Source: Nitrospinales bacterium
GTDB taxonomy: Bacteria; Nitrospinota; Nitrospinia; Nitrospinales; VA-1
DNA: 64,000 nt
NCBI GenBank assembly: GCA_965223795.1
Contig: CBDCXL010000002.1
Coordinates: forward strand, 2,144,001-2,208,000
Reading direction: 5' to 3'
Part shown: piece after piece, positions 29,403-39,317 of the stretch
How positions within the stretch are numbered: the first letter of the stretch is position 1
How the letters are laid out: every line of letters begins with the position of its first letter
Made by a program: the position numbers and the translations under genes
The notes under the pieces: generated by a model
Databases searched by the model: none
What the model saw: the letters and a program-made list of their open reading frames with translations, nothing else
Told to the model about the DNA's origin: nothing

Positions 29403-30223
29403 ACAGGCCAAAGTCGGTTTTGGCGCTGGTAACGGCCGTGGTGGCCGGAGTTCTGTTTCTCGCGGCCTACACCAATCCCTACACGCCGGAAGGGCATGAG
29501 GGTTATGTGCGTGAGATCCCCCGAGTCTGGGGCACAGGCGGCTTTCAGGGCGCGGTGACGGGGCCGGGCAATTTCGGCGTTTCCATCTGGAACAACCGTG
29601 TCATCAATGTCGATTTCAGGCCGCGCACGCTGCAGGAGGAATTTCAGATCCTGGCGCGGGACGACCTCAACGTTTCGTTCCGGCTGCAGGGGATCTTCAA
29701 GATCAAGGAAGGGACCATCCGCGAGGTGGTCGAGCGATACGGCGGCAAGCAATGGTACCACCGGTTCGTGAAGGAACCGTTCCGCTCGTTTGTGCGCGAT
29801 GCGGTGCGTTCCTACGATTCGCGGCAGATCAAGGAAAACCGCGTGAAGATCGCCGGTACGGTGCAGGAGCGGTTGACGCGCCATCTGGAGAAGACGCCGT
29901 TTGAGCTGATGGAACTGGTGGTGGGCAACATCGACTACCCCGAAGCGGTGGCGCGCGCCGTCGAGCAAAAACTCAAAGCGCAGCAGGACCTGGAGAAAAA
30001 GGAAATCGAGAAGCAGATCGCCGTCAAGGACGCGGAAATCAAGATTGAAGAAGCCAAGGGGATCGCGAAGTCGCAGGAGATCATCAACCGGACTCTGACG
30101 AAGAATTACCTGCAGCACGAAGCGATCCAGGCGCAGATGGCGATGGCCAATTCGGAAAACCACACAACGGTGTACATCCCGGCCGGTACGAACGGGATAC
30201 CGCTGGTGAAAACAGTGGAGTGA
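29399..30223 (+). CDS. SPFH (band 7/prohibitin) domain protein
   Basis: N-terminal TM anchor, SPFH core, GNIDYPEAVARAVEQK, coiled coil with EAKGIAKSQEII, terminal IPAGTNGIP. Confidence 0.85.
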   Translation: MNRPKSVLALVTAVVAGVLFLAAYTNPYTPEGHEGYVREIPRVWGTGGFQGAVTGPGNFGVSIWNNRVINVDFRPRTLQEEFQILARDDLNVSFRLQGIFKIKEGTIREVVERYGGKQWYHRFVKEPFRSFVRDAVRSYDSRQIKENRVKIAGTVQERLTRHLEKTPFELMELVVGNIDYPEAVARAVEQKLKAQQDLEKKEIEKQIAVKDAEIKIEEAKGIAKSQEIINRTLTKNYLQHEAIQAQMAMANSENHTTVYIPAGTNGIPLVKTVE

Positions 30224-30226
30224 CCG

Positions 30227-30892
30227 ATGCAGAACCGGAAAAAAATGAAATCGACGATCGCCCTGGTTGCGATGCTTGTGTTGCCCGGCATTTTTGTTCC
30301 GCCGGCGGCGGCGGAAGAGGAAGGGCCGATGCTGCACATCGCGTTCCGCTACCTGTCTCCCGAAATCGAGAAAGGCAGTTTCGAGGCGACGGTGCGCAAA
30401 GTCTGGCGCGTCGGCGACCGTTATCTCAGGATCGAGGAAGCGCCGGACCCGAAGGTGGGCTTACACGGACTCATCATCGTCAACGCGCCGCATTCCTACA
30501 TGATCAACCGCTACGTCGATCAGGGCGTGCACATCCTCGATACGGAGCCGGAACAGCGGGTGCACTACCCGGTGTTTCCCGGCAACAAGAAATCCAAAAT
30601 CGGCAAGCTGGAATTCGGCAACGAACAGGAATTTTTCAAGTCTTCCGGCGCCGAGGCGCTGGAGCAGCAATACATCGAAGGCGACCTGTGCGACGTGTGG
30701 CGGCTCAACGTGGACGGATCGACGCTGACTCTGTTCGTCGGTGTCGCGACCGAGCGTCCGAAGCAGATCTCCATCGAGTCTCCGGACACGGCCTATTCCA
30801 TTCGCTACGAGACCTACGAGCGGCTGCCTGAAGCGGATCTGGGGCTGTTCGTGGTACCGGATGAAATCACTATAGTGGAAGCGAAATCCTGA
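30227..30892 (+). CDS. Hypothetical exported protein
   Basis: Signal peptide (PPAAA|EE); beta-rich with C-terminal LFVVPDEI resembling LolA-like folds (tentative). Confidence 0.65.
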   Translation: MQNRKKMKSTIALVAMLVLPGIFVPPAAAEEEGPMLHIAFRYLSPEIEKGSFEATVRKVWRVGDRYLRIEEAPDPKVGLHGLIIVNAPHSYMINRYVDQGVHILDTEPEQRVHYPVFPGNKKSKIGKLEFGNEQEFFKSSGAEALEQQYIEGDLCDVWRLNVDGSTLTLFVGVATERPKQISIESPDTAYSIRYETYERLPEADLGLFVVPDEITIVEAKS

Positions 30893-30983
30893 AGGCACGC
30901 CGCCGGCCGCCGGACAGCAAGATCCGGGAAAGGGCGGCAAAAATTTTTTTTATCGTGGAAATCAGAGAGGGGGACATCGAGCC

Positions 30984-32030
30984 ATGAAACGCTCATCATT
31001 GGTTTTGGTTTTGATCGGTTTGCTGGTTGTTTCATTTCCGACCGCGGCTTTTTCCGGCGAGAAGCCGGAACGGGTGACGGAAGTTCCGGAAACGGTGGGA
31101 GAGGTCAACTGGGACTTCACGCCCAGCCAGTCCCAGGAGGAAAAGGATCTGGGGCGCGGCATGGTGTGGACCGGGTTGGTGGAAGACATGCTGATGGAGG
31201 CGGAAGACGACAAAGTCAGCGTGGTGCTGATCTGCCGGCACCTGTCCTTCTCCGAGCCCGGACCGCAGGCGATCGCCATGCGGCCGATCCAGGCGCGCGA
31301 AACCAAAACCGGTTTCTTCGGCGTGTTCTTCGACATCTACACGCCGATGGATGAGGTGGTCAAACTGAAAGAAGAGATTATGGGCGAGACGCATTATGTG
31401 CTGGCGGCGGGCGTCCTCGATTCGGTGGTCAAACTGGCGGACCAGTCGATTCCGCTTTTGATGCCGCATTCGATGGAAATCAACGCGCGCATGGTCCAGC
31501 TGGAATCGGCGCAGCCCGGCGGTGAGCAGGTCGTGCGCCTGTCTCCGGAAGTGGTGCAGGGGGAAGGCCACGCCTTTTCCATCGCCCCGCCCAAAGGCTG
31601 GGTGCTGGACAACCAGAGCGGTCTGCACCAGGGACTGCAGGCGGTGTTCTACCCCAGCGGGTCCAGCTGGAAACACGCCCGTTCGGTCATGTATGTCAAC
31701 ACCGACGCGAGAAAGCCGGGGCAGCGGGTCGAGTCGTACATCGAATCCGAGCTGAAGGATTTCAGCCGCGAGTTCGGCGAAGAGTTCCAGGCCCGCGAGT
31801 GGGAGGCGATCAAGACCTCCGATGCGAAATGGGCGCACGTGCGCCGGTTGTCGGGAGACACCTGGGGGAACTACGAATCGATCGCCTACATCGAGGAAAA
31901 CGGCGTGTTCGTCCTCATCGTGCTCACCGCGCGCGACGAACAAAGCTACAAGGATTCGCAGCAGGCCTTTGAGGAACTGGTGAAAAGCTACCGCTTCGTG
32001 CAGAATGAGGCGCAGGTTTCCTTTGAATGA
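30984..32030 (+). CDS. Hypothetical exported two-domain protein
   Basis: Signal peptide; C-terminal FSIAPPKGWVLD...FEELVKSYRF resembles PsbP/Mog1-like domains (tentative). Confidence 0.65.
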   Translation: MKRSSLVLVLIGLLVVSFPTAAFSGEKPERVTEVPETVGEVNWDFTPSQSQEEKDLGRGMVWTGLVEDMLMEAEDDKVSVVLICRHLSFSEPGPQAIAMRPIQARETKTGFFGVFFDIYTPMDEVVKLKEEIMGETHYVLAAGVLDSVVKLADQSIPLLMPHSMEINARMVQLESAQPGGEQVVRLSPEVVQGEGHAFSIAPPKGWVLDNQSGLHQGLQAVFYPSGSSWKHARSVMYVNTDARKPGQRVESYIESELKDFSREFGEEFQAREWEAIKTSDAKWAHVRRLSGDTWGNYESIAYIEENGVFVLIVLTARDEQSYKDSQQAFEELVKSYRFVQNEAQVSFE

Positions 32031-32039
32031 GTTTTTGGC

Positions 32040-32594
32040 GTGATGCGTTACACGGAATGGGATGAAGACCTGCTTGCCACGGTCGCATTGAGGACGACCG
32101 TGGCATTTTTTCTTTATACACCTCTTGTATTTCTCTCAATCCTTTTGATTTTAGAAATTCTCCCTCTGGTTTGCTCACCTTCTTTCTGTTCGTTTTATTT
32201 TGATCTTTCCCAGAAGTCTCAGAATTTAATTTCCTATACTCTTATTGGGTTGGGGGAAGTAGTTTTGTTTTACTTGGTATTTCGTGGCTGGCTTCCGGGT
32301 ACAAAATTGGAATGGGTGCTTCCATTTTCTGAGACTCAGTTGGGTTGGGGAGTGGCAGTGCTTTCTGTAATTCCCTGGGTGCTGAGTTATGATCTCGTGC
32401 GTTTTGAAATATTTCATGCGACTCTCAACGGGTCGCTTCTGATCGGTGTTTTAGTTTTTTTCATCACAAAATCGATATTGAGCCGCGAGATTCGTTGGGA
32501 AGTGTTGCGGATACTCGTTGTGCCTTATCTGCAAATCCTGCTCGTCTCCGAATTTGCAGTTCACGAATGGTTCTCCAGTTTTCTCGGAGATTGA
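32040..32594 (+). CDS. Hypothetical low-GC integral membrane protein
   Basis: Hydrophobic ORF in visibly T-rich sequence; start may be ATG 32043. Confidence 0.5.
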   Translation: MMRYTEWDEDLLATVALRTTVAFFLYTPLVFLSILLILEILPLVCSPSFCSFYFDLSQKSQNLISYTLIGLGEVVLFYLVFRGWLPGTKLEWVLPFSETQLGWGVAVLSVIPWVLSYDLVRFEIFHATLNGSLLIGVLVFFITKSILSREIRWEVLRILVVPYLQILLVSEFAVHEWFSSFLGD

Positions 32595-33367
32595 ATTATT
32601 TCCCGCCGCGACACATAGCGGACGAGCAGCGCCCCGGCCCACGCGGCCAGCAGGTGCTTCAACGTATGTCCGCTCACCGTTTCACCCAGCAAAAGAAAAA
32701 TTTCCCGATCGAAAAGCTCCAGAACCTTCGCCCCGGCGTAGCAGCCCAAGATCTGCCACAGGTATTTCGTGCCGGTGTACGGGGAGGGAAACCACCACAG
32801 CAGAAACGGCAACAGCAGAAGCGGGAGAAACTGCACCAGAACGTAGGGTTTCAGGTTTCCCAGTCCCGCCGATTCGGTGACATCCCAGTACACGACGCTG
32901 GCGATGCCCGCGATCACGAGAACGGGCAGCAGAAGCACGCCGGCTTTTACGTGAAGACGTTCGGCGATCATGAGGGCGAAAAATCCCATGAACGCGATCG
33001 TCATGGGCAACCTGTCCCAGAACAGGGTGGCGTTGTCGGGAGCGAGGTGGTAGTAGCCGGAGCCGAGTCCGGTCAGGAAGATGCCGGAAAACGCCGCGGC
33101 GAACAAAAGTGCTTCCTGTTTGGGTGCGATGAATCTTTTAGGATCTGCGTGCAGCGCTTTGAGTTTCAAAAGGCCGAGCGCGCCCGCAATGAGGAAGGGC
33201 AGGTTGGACAGCACGTTCAAGCAATGCGGGATGCCCCAAACGGCGCGCTGGTCGGCGAAGTCGTGGTAGGCCGGGTCCTGGGCGATGGGGGCGAGCTTGA
33301 ATTGGAGGAACGCCGCCGCTGCCAGGCCGATGAGGATCAGGACGGCGACGCGGGCCTTGAAGCGCAT
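32561..33367 (-). CDS. Ceramidase-like (CREST-type) integral membrane protein
   Basis: IAQDPAYHDFADQR, NVLSNLPF, GSGYYH...WDRLPM, SGHTLKHL motifs. Confidence 0.75.
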   Translation of the reverse strand: MRFKARVAVLILIGLAAAAFLQFKLAPIAQDPAYHDFADQRAVWGIPHCLNVLSNLPFLIAGALGLLKLKALHADPKRFIAPKQEALLFAAAFSGIFLTGLGSGYYHLAPDNATLFWDRLPMTIAFMGFFALMIAERLHVKAGVLLLPVLVIAGIASVVYWDVTESAGLGNLKPYVLVQFLPLLLLPFLLWWFPSPYTGTKYLWQILGCYAGAKVLELFDREIFLLLGETVSGHTLKHLLAAWAGALLVRYVSRREIIQSPRKLENHS

Positions 33368-33375
33368 GGGGACGG

Positions 33376-35130
33376 TCAATCGGGGTCGCGCGCCGACAGG
33401 CGGGCGTCGAGAAGCCGAAGCTCCACTTTGTCGCGGCCGCTCCAGGCGTTGGTGGCGAGTTCGTAAACCAGATCGACCCGGTCTTCTTCCGGATTGAACG
33501 ATTCGAACGCCTCGGCCAGGTTGAAGCCCACCGCGTCGACTCCGGCTCTGTCCTGAACGGCCTTGAAGCGGACGTGGGATTCGTCCTTGCCCATGTAACG
33601 AAAATCGCGGATGTGCACGTTGCGGGAAAGAAACCGCGGAACCGGGTTCTCGGCGCCGAAGGGCTCGAGCGCGTGGATTTTCTTGAACAGCGGCGTGTTG
33701 ACCTCGGACAGGCTGAGCTCGCCGTCGATTTTGATTTCCTCGATCAGATCCTCCGGTTTTAGAAAGCGGTGGCCGACGGCGTTGAGCGCCTTGCGGAACG
33801 GCTCGACGTTGGCTTCGGCGATGGTCAGCCCCGCCGCGTAGGCGTGGCCGCCGAACTGGATAAAATGACCGGCGCATTCCGACAGTGCCTTGTACAGGTT
33901 GAACTTGGGAATGCTGCGGCCCGAGCCTTTGCCGATGCCGCCGGCCAGCGCGATGAGCACCGCGGGGCGGTAGTATTTGTCCACCAGGCGCGAGGCGACG
34001 ATGCCGATCACGCCGGGATGAAAGTTTTCGGAGGCGAGCACGAGGACGCGGTCGTTTTCCAGGTCGGCTTCCCGCTCGATGAGGTATTCCGCCTCTTCCA
34101 GGGCCCAGCCCTGGATCTCCTTGCGCTCGGTGTTGATGGCGTCGACCCGCTTGGCAATGTCCTTCGCCGCGTTCAGATCGCTCGCGGTGAGCAGGTGCAG
34201 GCCCGCGTCGGCCTTGCCCAGCCTGCCGGCGGCGTTGAGCCTGGGGCCGAGCGCGAAGCCGACGCAGCGCGAATCGATGCGGCCGTTCACTCCGGCCACG
34301 TCTTTCAAGGCCACGAGGCCGGGCTTGGTGGTGCGGGCCATCATTTCCAGGCCGTGCGAGGAAAGGATGTGGTTCTCGCCGGTGAGCGGCGCCACATCGG
34401 CGATGGTGCCGAGGACGAACAGATCGAGATGGCGCTTCAAATTGGGCAGCGTGTCCCTGGCCCGCCCGCGCTGGTGCAGGGCGCTGCGCACGGCGGTGGC
34501 CAGCTTGAAGACGATGCCGACGCCGCTCAGGAAGCGGAACGGGTAGGTGCAGTCGGGCCGGTGCGGGTTGAGCACCGCCACCGCGGGCGGCAGGCCCTCG
34601 GGCCCCACCTGGTGGTGGTCGGAAACGATCACGTCCAGCCCGATGGCATTGGCGGTCTTCACTTCATGCACGCCGGTGATGCCGCAGTCGGCGGTGATCA
34701 TCAGCGTGCAGCCCTCGGCGCGGATCTTGCGCACGGCTTCCTCGTTCAGGCCGTAGCCCTCCTGCATGCGGTCGGGCAGGTAATAGCTGACCGCCACGCC
34801 CAGGTCGCGGAAAAAATGCGTTAAAAATGCGGCGGAGGTGACGCCGTCGACATCGTAGTCGCAGAACACGCGGATTTTTTCCCCGCTTTCGATGGCGCGC
34901 ACGACGCGGTCCACCGCCTGCCGCATGCCGTTCATCAAAAAGGGATCGTGCAGCCTTGCGAGGTCGCGGGCGATGAAGTCCTTTCCCTGTTCGGGCGTGT
35001 GGATGTCGCGGATCACCAGCAGGCGGGCAATGAGCGGTGAAACGTTCAACGCGCTAGCCAGCGTGTCCACCGCTTCGGGACAGGGGGTTTCGAGGTGCCA
35101 GGTTTTGTTCTGAGCCGAAAGCGTCTTCAT
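33376..35130 (-). CDS. recJ: ssDNA-specific exonuclease RecJ
   Basis: DYDVDG, EGYG, DCG, DHH, PRLNAAGR, GSGRS, GGHAYAAG, PFGAENP. Confidence 0.96.
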   Translation of the reverse strand: MKTLSAQNKTWHLETPCPEAVDTLASALNVSPLIARLLVIRDIHTPEQGKDFIARDLARLHDPFLMNGMRQAVDRVVRAIESGEKIRVFCDYDVDGVTSAAFLTHFFRDLGVAVSYYLPDRMQEGYGLNEEAVRKIRAEGCTLMITADCGITGVHEVKTANAIGLDVIVSDHHQVGPEGLPPAVAVLNPHRPDCTYPFRFLSGVGIVFKLATAVRSALHQRGRARDTLPNLKRHLDLFVLGTIADVAPLTGENHILSSHGLEMMARTTKPGLVALKDVAGVNGRIDSRCVGFALGPRLNAAGRLGKADAGLHLLTASDLNAAKDIAKRVDAINTERKEIQGWALEEAEYLIEREADLENDRVLVLASENFHPGVIGIVASRLVDKYYRPAVLIALAGGIGKGSGRSIPKFNLYKALSECAGHFIQFGGHAYAAGLTIAEANVEPFRKALNAVGHRFLKPEDLIEEIKIDGELSLSEVNTPLFKKIHALEPFGAENPVPRFLSRNVHIRDFRYMGKDESHVRFKAVQDRAGVDAVGFNLAEAFESFNPEEDRVDLVYELATNAWSGRDKVELRLLDARLSARDPD

Positions 35131-35200
35131 GGTGATCCTGAAATCAGGTGGCAGGTTGCGATGCAAATGGTTGTGCCCGCCTGCGTGCCGAGCCGGGTTC

Positions 35201-35833
35201 TCACGCGGGGCGGACGGTTGCGGCTGGCGACGGGTCTTCGATGTATTCGCGCACGCCCTTGAAACTTTTGCGGTGAATCGGGCAGGGCCCGTGCAGGCGG
35301 ATGCTGTCTTTGTGCGCCTGAGTTCCATAGCCCTTGTGTCTGTCGAATGCGTACTGCGGGTACGTTTGATGATGTGCGTGCATGATGCGGTCGCGCGTCA
35401 CTTTCGCGAGCACCGACGCGGCGGCGATGGACAGGCTTTGGGCGTCGCCCTTGACGATGGGCCACTGCTTCGCCGGATGGTCGATACGGCGGTTGCCGTC
35501 GATGAGCAGCAGGTCCGGACGGAGCGGCAGTTGCTCGACGGCGAGGCGCATGGCGAGCAGCGAGGCCTGAAGGATGTTGATCGCGTCGATGGTTTCCTCG
35601 GAGACGATGCCGATTCCGAACCCCAGAGCGCATTGCTGGATGCGGTCGAAAAAGCGGTCGCGTGCGGCGGGTGAAAGCTGTTTGCTGTCGGTCAGGCCGT
35701 TCAAGGACGCGCCGGCGGGAAGCACCACGGCGGCGGCGACGACGGGACCGGCCAAAGGACCGCGCCCGGCTTCGTCCACGCCGGTGATGGAACGGAATCC
35801 CTGTGCGTCCGCCTGATTTTCGAAAGCCAGCAT
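35201..35833 (-). CDS. rnhB: Ribonuclease HII
   Basis: GVDEAGRGPLAGPV, DSK, KGD, AAASVLAKVTRD, HKGYGT. Confidence 0.96.
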   Translation of the reverse strand: MLAFENQADAQGFRSITGVDEAGRGPLAGPVVAAAVVLPAGASLNGLTDSKQLSPAARDRFFDRIQQCALGFGIGIVSEETIDAINILQASLLAMRLAVEQLPLRPDLLLIDGNRRIDHPAKQWPIVKGDAQSLSIAAASVLAKVTRDRIMHAHHQTYPQYAFDRHKGYGTQAHKDSIRLHGPCPIHRKSFKGVREYIEDPSPAATVRPA

Positions 35834-36123
35834 GCCGGTGCCTGTCATGCGCTCACGGGAAAGGCTAGGGGGTGTGGGGAGAACCGGCCGAGGCAATAAA
35901 AAATCCGGTTCTTACTGTCTCCTGACACCGATGATATTGCATCGGTTGCGGGCAGGCAACTCAAAACTTTTTTATTCCATCCACAGCGCGGGTCTGGATT
36001 GAAAATAAAAATATTCACTCCCGGAATGGTGTGCAAAAGTTTTCCATATTCAATCGTTTTACGGTAAGCTAGGCATGATCCCCTTAATAAAAAAATATAA
36101 ATCAAAGGATTGAACCCAGACCC

Positions 36124-36954
36124 ATGCGAACCGCAAAAAAAATTGGTTATGTTGCCATCGTTGCGCTGATCGCGGCGTGCGTCACCACACCGGTTTCGGA
36201 CAAATCGGCCTTCATCATCATTCCGGAGTCTCAGGAGATCACGATGGGGCTGCAGGCTTTCAATGAGGTGAAGCAAAAGGAAAAGGAATCGCAGGATCAA
36301 CGCCTGGTCAACATCGTGCAGCGGGTCGGCTCGCGCATCGCGGCGGTTTCCGACATGCCGGACCTGGAATGGGAATACAAGCTGTTCGAGTCGGAGCAGC
36401 AGAACGCGTTCGCGCTGCCGGGCGGGAAAACCGCGGTGTACACGGGATTGCTGCCGGTGTGCCAGAACGAGGCGGGCCTGGCGGCGGTGATGGGGCATGA
36501 GGTGGCGCACGTGATCGCCCGGCACGGGGCGCAGCGCATCTCAAGCCAGCTGGTGGTGACGACGGGGCTTTCGGTGGCGGCGATCAGCCTGGCCAACAAG
36601 GATTCGCGCGCGCTGATCCTGGGCGGACTGGGGCTCGGCGCGATGTACGGGATCACACTGCCGTTCGGCAGGGGCAACGAGTCGGAGGCGGATCACATCG
36701 GTCTGATCTACATGGCGCGGGCGGGCTACGATCCGCGCGAGGCGGAGCGGTTCTGGTCGCGTTTCAGCAACGCGAAAGCGGGGAAAAAGGTTCCGGAGTT
36801 TTTATCGACGCATCCTTCGGATGAAACGCGGATCGCCAACATCCGCAAGCTGCTGCCGCGGGCGATGGCGGAGTACGAGGCGGCGCAGCCAAAGTTCGGC
36901 CTGGGAGCGCAGTTTTATGAAGGCGGCGCCCCGGCGTCCAACAATGAGGGCTGA
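36124..36954 (+). CDS. M48 family zinc metallopeptidase lipoprotein
   Basis: Lipobox IAAC; NAFALPGG, HEVAH, ESEADHIG, STHP. Confidence 0.92.
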   Translation: MRTAKKIGYVAIVALIAACVTTPVSDKSAFIIIPESQEITMGLQAFNEVKQKEKESQDQRLVNIVQRVGSRIAAVSDMPDLEWEYKLFESEQQNAFALPGGKTAVYTGLLPVCQNEAGLAAVMGHEVAHVIARHGAQRISSQLVVTTGLSVAAISLANKDSRALILGGLGLGAMYGITLPFGRGNESEADHIGLIYMARAGYDPREAERFWSRFSNAKAGKKVPEFLSTHPSDETRIANIRKLLPRAMAEYEAAQPKFGLGAQFYEGGAPASNNEG

Positions 36955-37016
36955 GGGGAGCCGGCGTTGCAGTGCTGGCGGCGCAACGGTGTCCGCCGCA
37001 GTGTGAGGGCCTTCGT

Positions 37017-37421
37017 TCAGGCGGATTTTTTCGCCGCGCCCCTTTTCTTTCTGCTCCTGCCCGTGCCGGGACTGCGGGTGGGTTTGATTTCCTTGAGCCG
37101 CGCCGCTTTGCCGCGCAGGTTTCTCAGGTAATACAGCTTGGCGCGCCGGACGCGGGCGCGTTTGACGATTTCGATTTTTTCCACGCGCGGCGAGTGGACC
37201 GGGAAAATCCGCTCCACGCCGACACCGAAGGAAACTTTCCGCACGGTGAAGGTTTTGCGCGCGCCGCCGCCGTGCATGCGGATGAGGACGCCCTCGATCA
37301 CCTGGACGCGTTCCTTCTCCCCTTCCACGATGCGCATGTGCACCTTCACGGTGTCGCCGATGCGGATGTCGGCGACTTCTTTTTTCAACTCTCCGGCTTC
37401 AATCTGGTCGATCAGGTTCAT
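37017..37421 (-). CDS. rplS: 50S ribosomal protein L19
   Basis: GDTVKV...[17 protein letters not shown]...RRAKLYYLR. Confidence 0.97.
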   Translation of the reverse strand: MNLIDQIEAGELKKEVADIRIGDTVKVHMRIVEGEKERVQVIEGVLIRMHGGGARKTFTVRKVSFGVGVERIFPVHSPRVEKIEIVKRARVRRAKLYYLRNLRGKAARLKEIKPTRSPGTGRSRKKRGAAKKSA

Positions 37422-37489
37422 CGTTTCTCCTCGCTCTCTTTCCTATCGTTTCTGTTTTTCTGTTTTATACCGCATTTCCGCTGTCATTC

Positions 37490-38074
37490 CTAGCGTTCGC
37501 CGGCCAGCCGGTCGAGTATGATGGCGATGGCCGCCCGCACCGGCAGGTGGTTGTATTGGCCCGCTCCCTCGATGGGGTCGAGAACGTGGTCGGCGTTCTC
37601 GATGATGCTTTTTTCCAGCCCCCAGCCGGTGCCGAACACCAAAAGGTGCGGGTCCCCCTGTTCCAGTTCTTCCCGCATCACCTTATAGGTCGTGCCGCGG
37701 GAAAATTTTTTCGCGTCGGTGACGACGGTTTTCGGTTTCGTGCCCAGCCGCTCTTCGATGTCTTGGACCACATCGGCAAGCGACCGCTTGAGCCGCGTTT
37801 CCAGCAGCGCCTGCTTGCGCGTCGGGTTGTATTCGGCGCCGTACCCTTCCACCCAGTGGGCGACCATGCGCTCGACCAGTTCCAGCTGGGTCTCAAGCGG
37901 CGTCACCACGTAAAATGAATGCGCCCCGTAGGTCTTTGCGATGCGCGCGACATCGTGCACGTCCAGCGTGGTGACGGAAGACACCACAATTTCCCCGGCC
38001 TTGTTGTACACGGGGAAATGCACCAGCGCCAGGTGGAGGTTCTTCGAATGTGCCCGATCGCCGGCGCCCGTTAT
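37490..38074 (-). CDS. SPOUT-like RNA methyltransferase domain (DUF2168-type) in frame with trmD; start uncertain
   Basis: NLHLALVHFPVYNK...TTLDVHDVAR...LLVFGTGWGL...YNHLPVRAAIAIILDRL. There is no ATG/GTG/TTG upstream of the conserved start in frame; ATA at 38074 is a candidate. Confidence 0.8.
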   Translation of the reverse strand: MTGAGDRAHSKNLHLALVHFPVYNKAGEIVVSSVTTLDVHDVARIAKTYGAHSFYVVTPLETQLELVERMVAHWVEGYGAEYNPTRKQALLETRLKRSLADVVQDIEERLGTKPKTVVTDAKKFSRGTTYKVMREELEQGDPHLLVFGTGWGLEKSIIENADHVLDPIEGAGQYNHLPVRAAIAIILDRLAGER

Positions 38075-38077
38075 CGC

Positions 38078-38815
38078 TCAATCCTCTTTAAGCTCTTTCA
38101 AAACCCCTTTGTCCCGCTTGGACAGCTTAAGCTTGTCCAGCAGATCGGGACGCACGCGCGCGGTCTTTTTCAAGGCCTCCGTGCGCTGCCATTCCTGGAT
38201 CTTTTTCGGGTCTCCCGAGACCAGCACCTCCGGAACCTTGTGGCCCCGGTATTCCCGCGGCCTTGTGTACTGCGGGTATTCCAGCAGAGGCGCCGAGAAC
38301 GATTCCTCGACCAGCGCGTTTTCATCCCCCACGACGCCGGGCACCAGCCTTGATACGGCGTCCACCACCACCATCGCGGGGATCTCGCCGCCGGACAGGA
38401 CGTAGTCGCCGATCGAGATCTCCTCGTCGACACAGAGCGCGCGCACGCGTTCATCGACGCCTTCGTAGCGGCCGCAGACGAGGATCAGTCTTTCCTGCCG
38501 TGACAGCTCCCAGGCTTTTTCCTGGTCGAAGGGCCGTCCCGCCGGGGACATCAGGATCGTGCGGCCGCCGGGGCCTTCCTGTTTCACCGCTTCGATGGCG
38601 CGGGCGATGGGCTCGACGTTCATCACCAGTCCGACGCCGCCGCCGAAGGGATAGTCGTCCACCTTTTTGTGCTTGTTCAGGGTGTGGTCCCGGAGGTTGT
38701 GCACCCGGATGTCCACGATCCCCTGTTCCCGCGCGCGGTTCAAGATGCTTTCGTCGAACGGCGACGCGAACATCCCTGGGAATATGGTGATGATGTCAAA
38801 CCGGATCGTCCTCAA
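38078..38815 (-). CDS. trmD: tRNA (guanine37-N1)-methyltransferase
   Basis: VDDYPFGGG, CGRYEGVDER, SIGDYVLSGGE, LEYPQYTRP. Confidence 0.97.
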   Translation of the reverse strand: MRTIRFDIITIFPGMFASPFDESILNRAREQGIVDIRVHNLRDHTLNKHKKVDDYPFGGGVGLVMNVEPIARAIEAVKQEGPGGRTILMSPAGRPFDQEKAWELSRQERLILVCGRYEGVDERVRALCVDEEISIGDYVLSGGEIPAMVVVDAVSRLVPGVVGDENALVEESFSAPLLEYPQYTRPREYRGHKVPEVLVSGDPKKIQEWQRTEALKKTARVRPDLLDKLKLSKRDKGVLKELKED

Positions 38816-39314
38816 TCAATCCCTCGACCCTGTTGAAAATGAGTTTGTTCTGTTCGAGGTCGATGGAGTGGACCACCGACTCGATCATCGGCAGCAGCAC
38901 TTCCTTACCGTTGCCGCGCACGACGTACACGTCGTTGCTGCCGGTCTCGATGATCTCCTCGATTTTTCCGTAATGCGTTCCCTCCCGGTCGTGGACATCC
39001 AGGCCCACGATCTCGAACCAATAGTACTCGCCGTCGGGCAGCGGTTCGAACTGATCCGCAGGGATCTTAAGAGTGCGGCCGGCCAGGAGTCCGGCCTGTT
39101 CGCGGGAATCGACTTTCTGAAACTTGATGATGAGGTTGCCGGCGCTGCCGCGCAGGGACTCCACTTCAACGGGGGCTTCCTCGCCGGCCTCGCCGCCCAG
39201 CCGGCCCTGCCTGAAGCTTTTCAGGATCGAAAGATCGCTGACGAACGGCAGTAATTTCAATTCGCCTTTCAGCCCGTGCGGCTTGGTGACTTTGCCGACT
39301 TCGATCCACTGCAT
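38796..39314 (-). CDS. rimM: Ribosome maturation factor RimM
   Basis: GKVTKPHGLKGE, GEYYWFEIVG, ETGSNDV; conserved operon position. Confidence 0.95.
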   Translation of the reverse strand: MQWIEVGKVTKPHGLKGELKLLPFVSDLSILKSFRQGRLGGEAGEEAPVEVESLRGSAGNLIIKFQKVDSREQAGLLAGRTLKIPADQFEPLPDGEYYWFEIVGLDVHDREGTHYGKIEEIIETGSNDVYVVRGNGKEVLLPMIESVVHSIDLEQNKLIFNRVEGLIEDDPV

Positions 39315-39317
39315 GCC

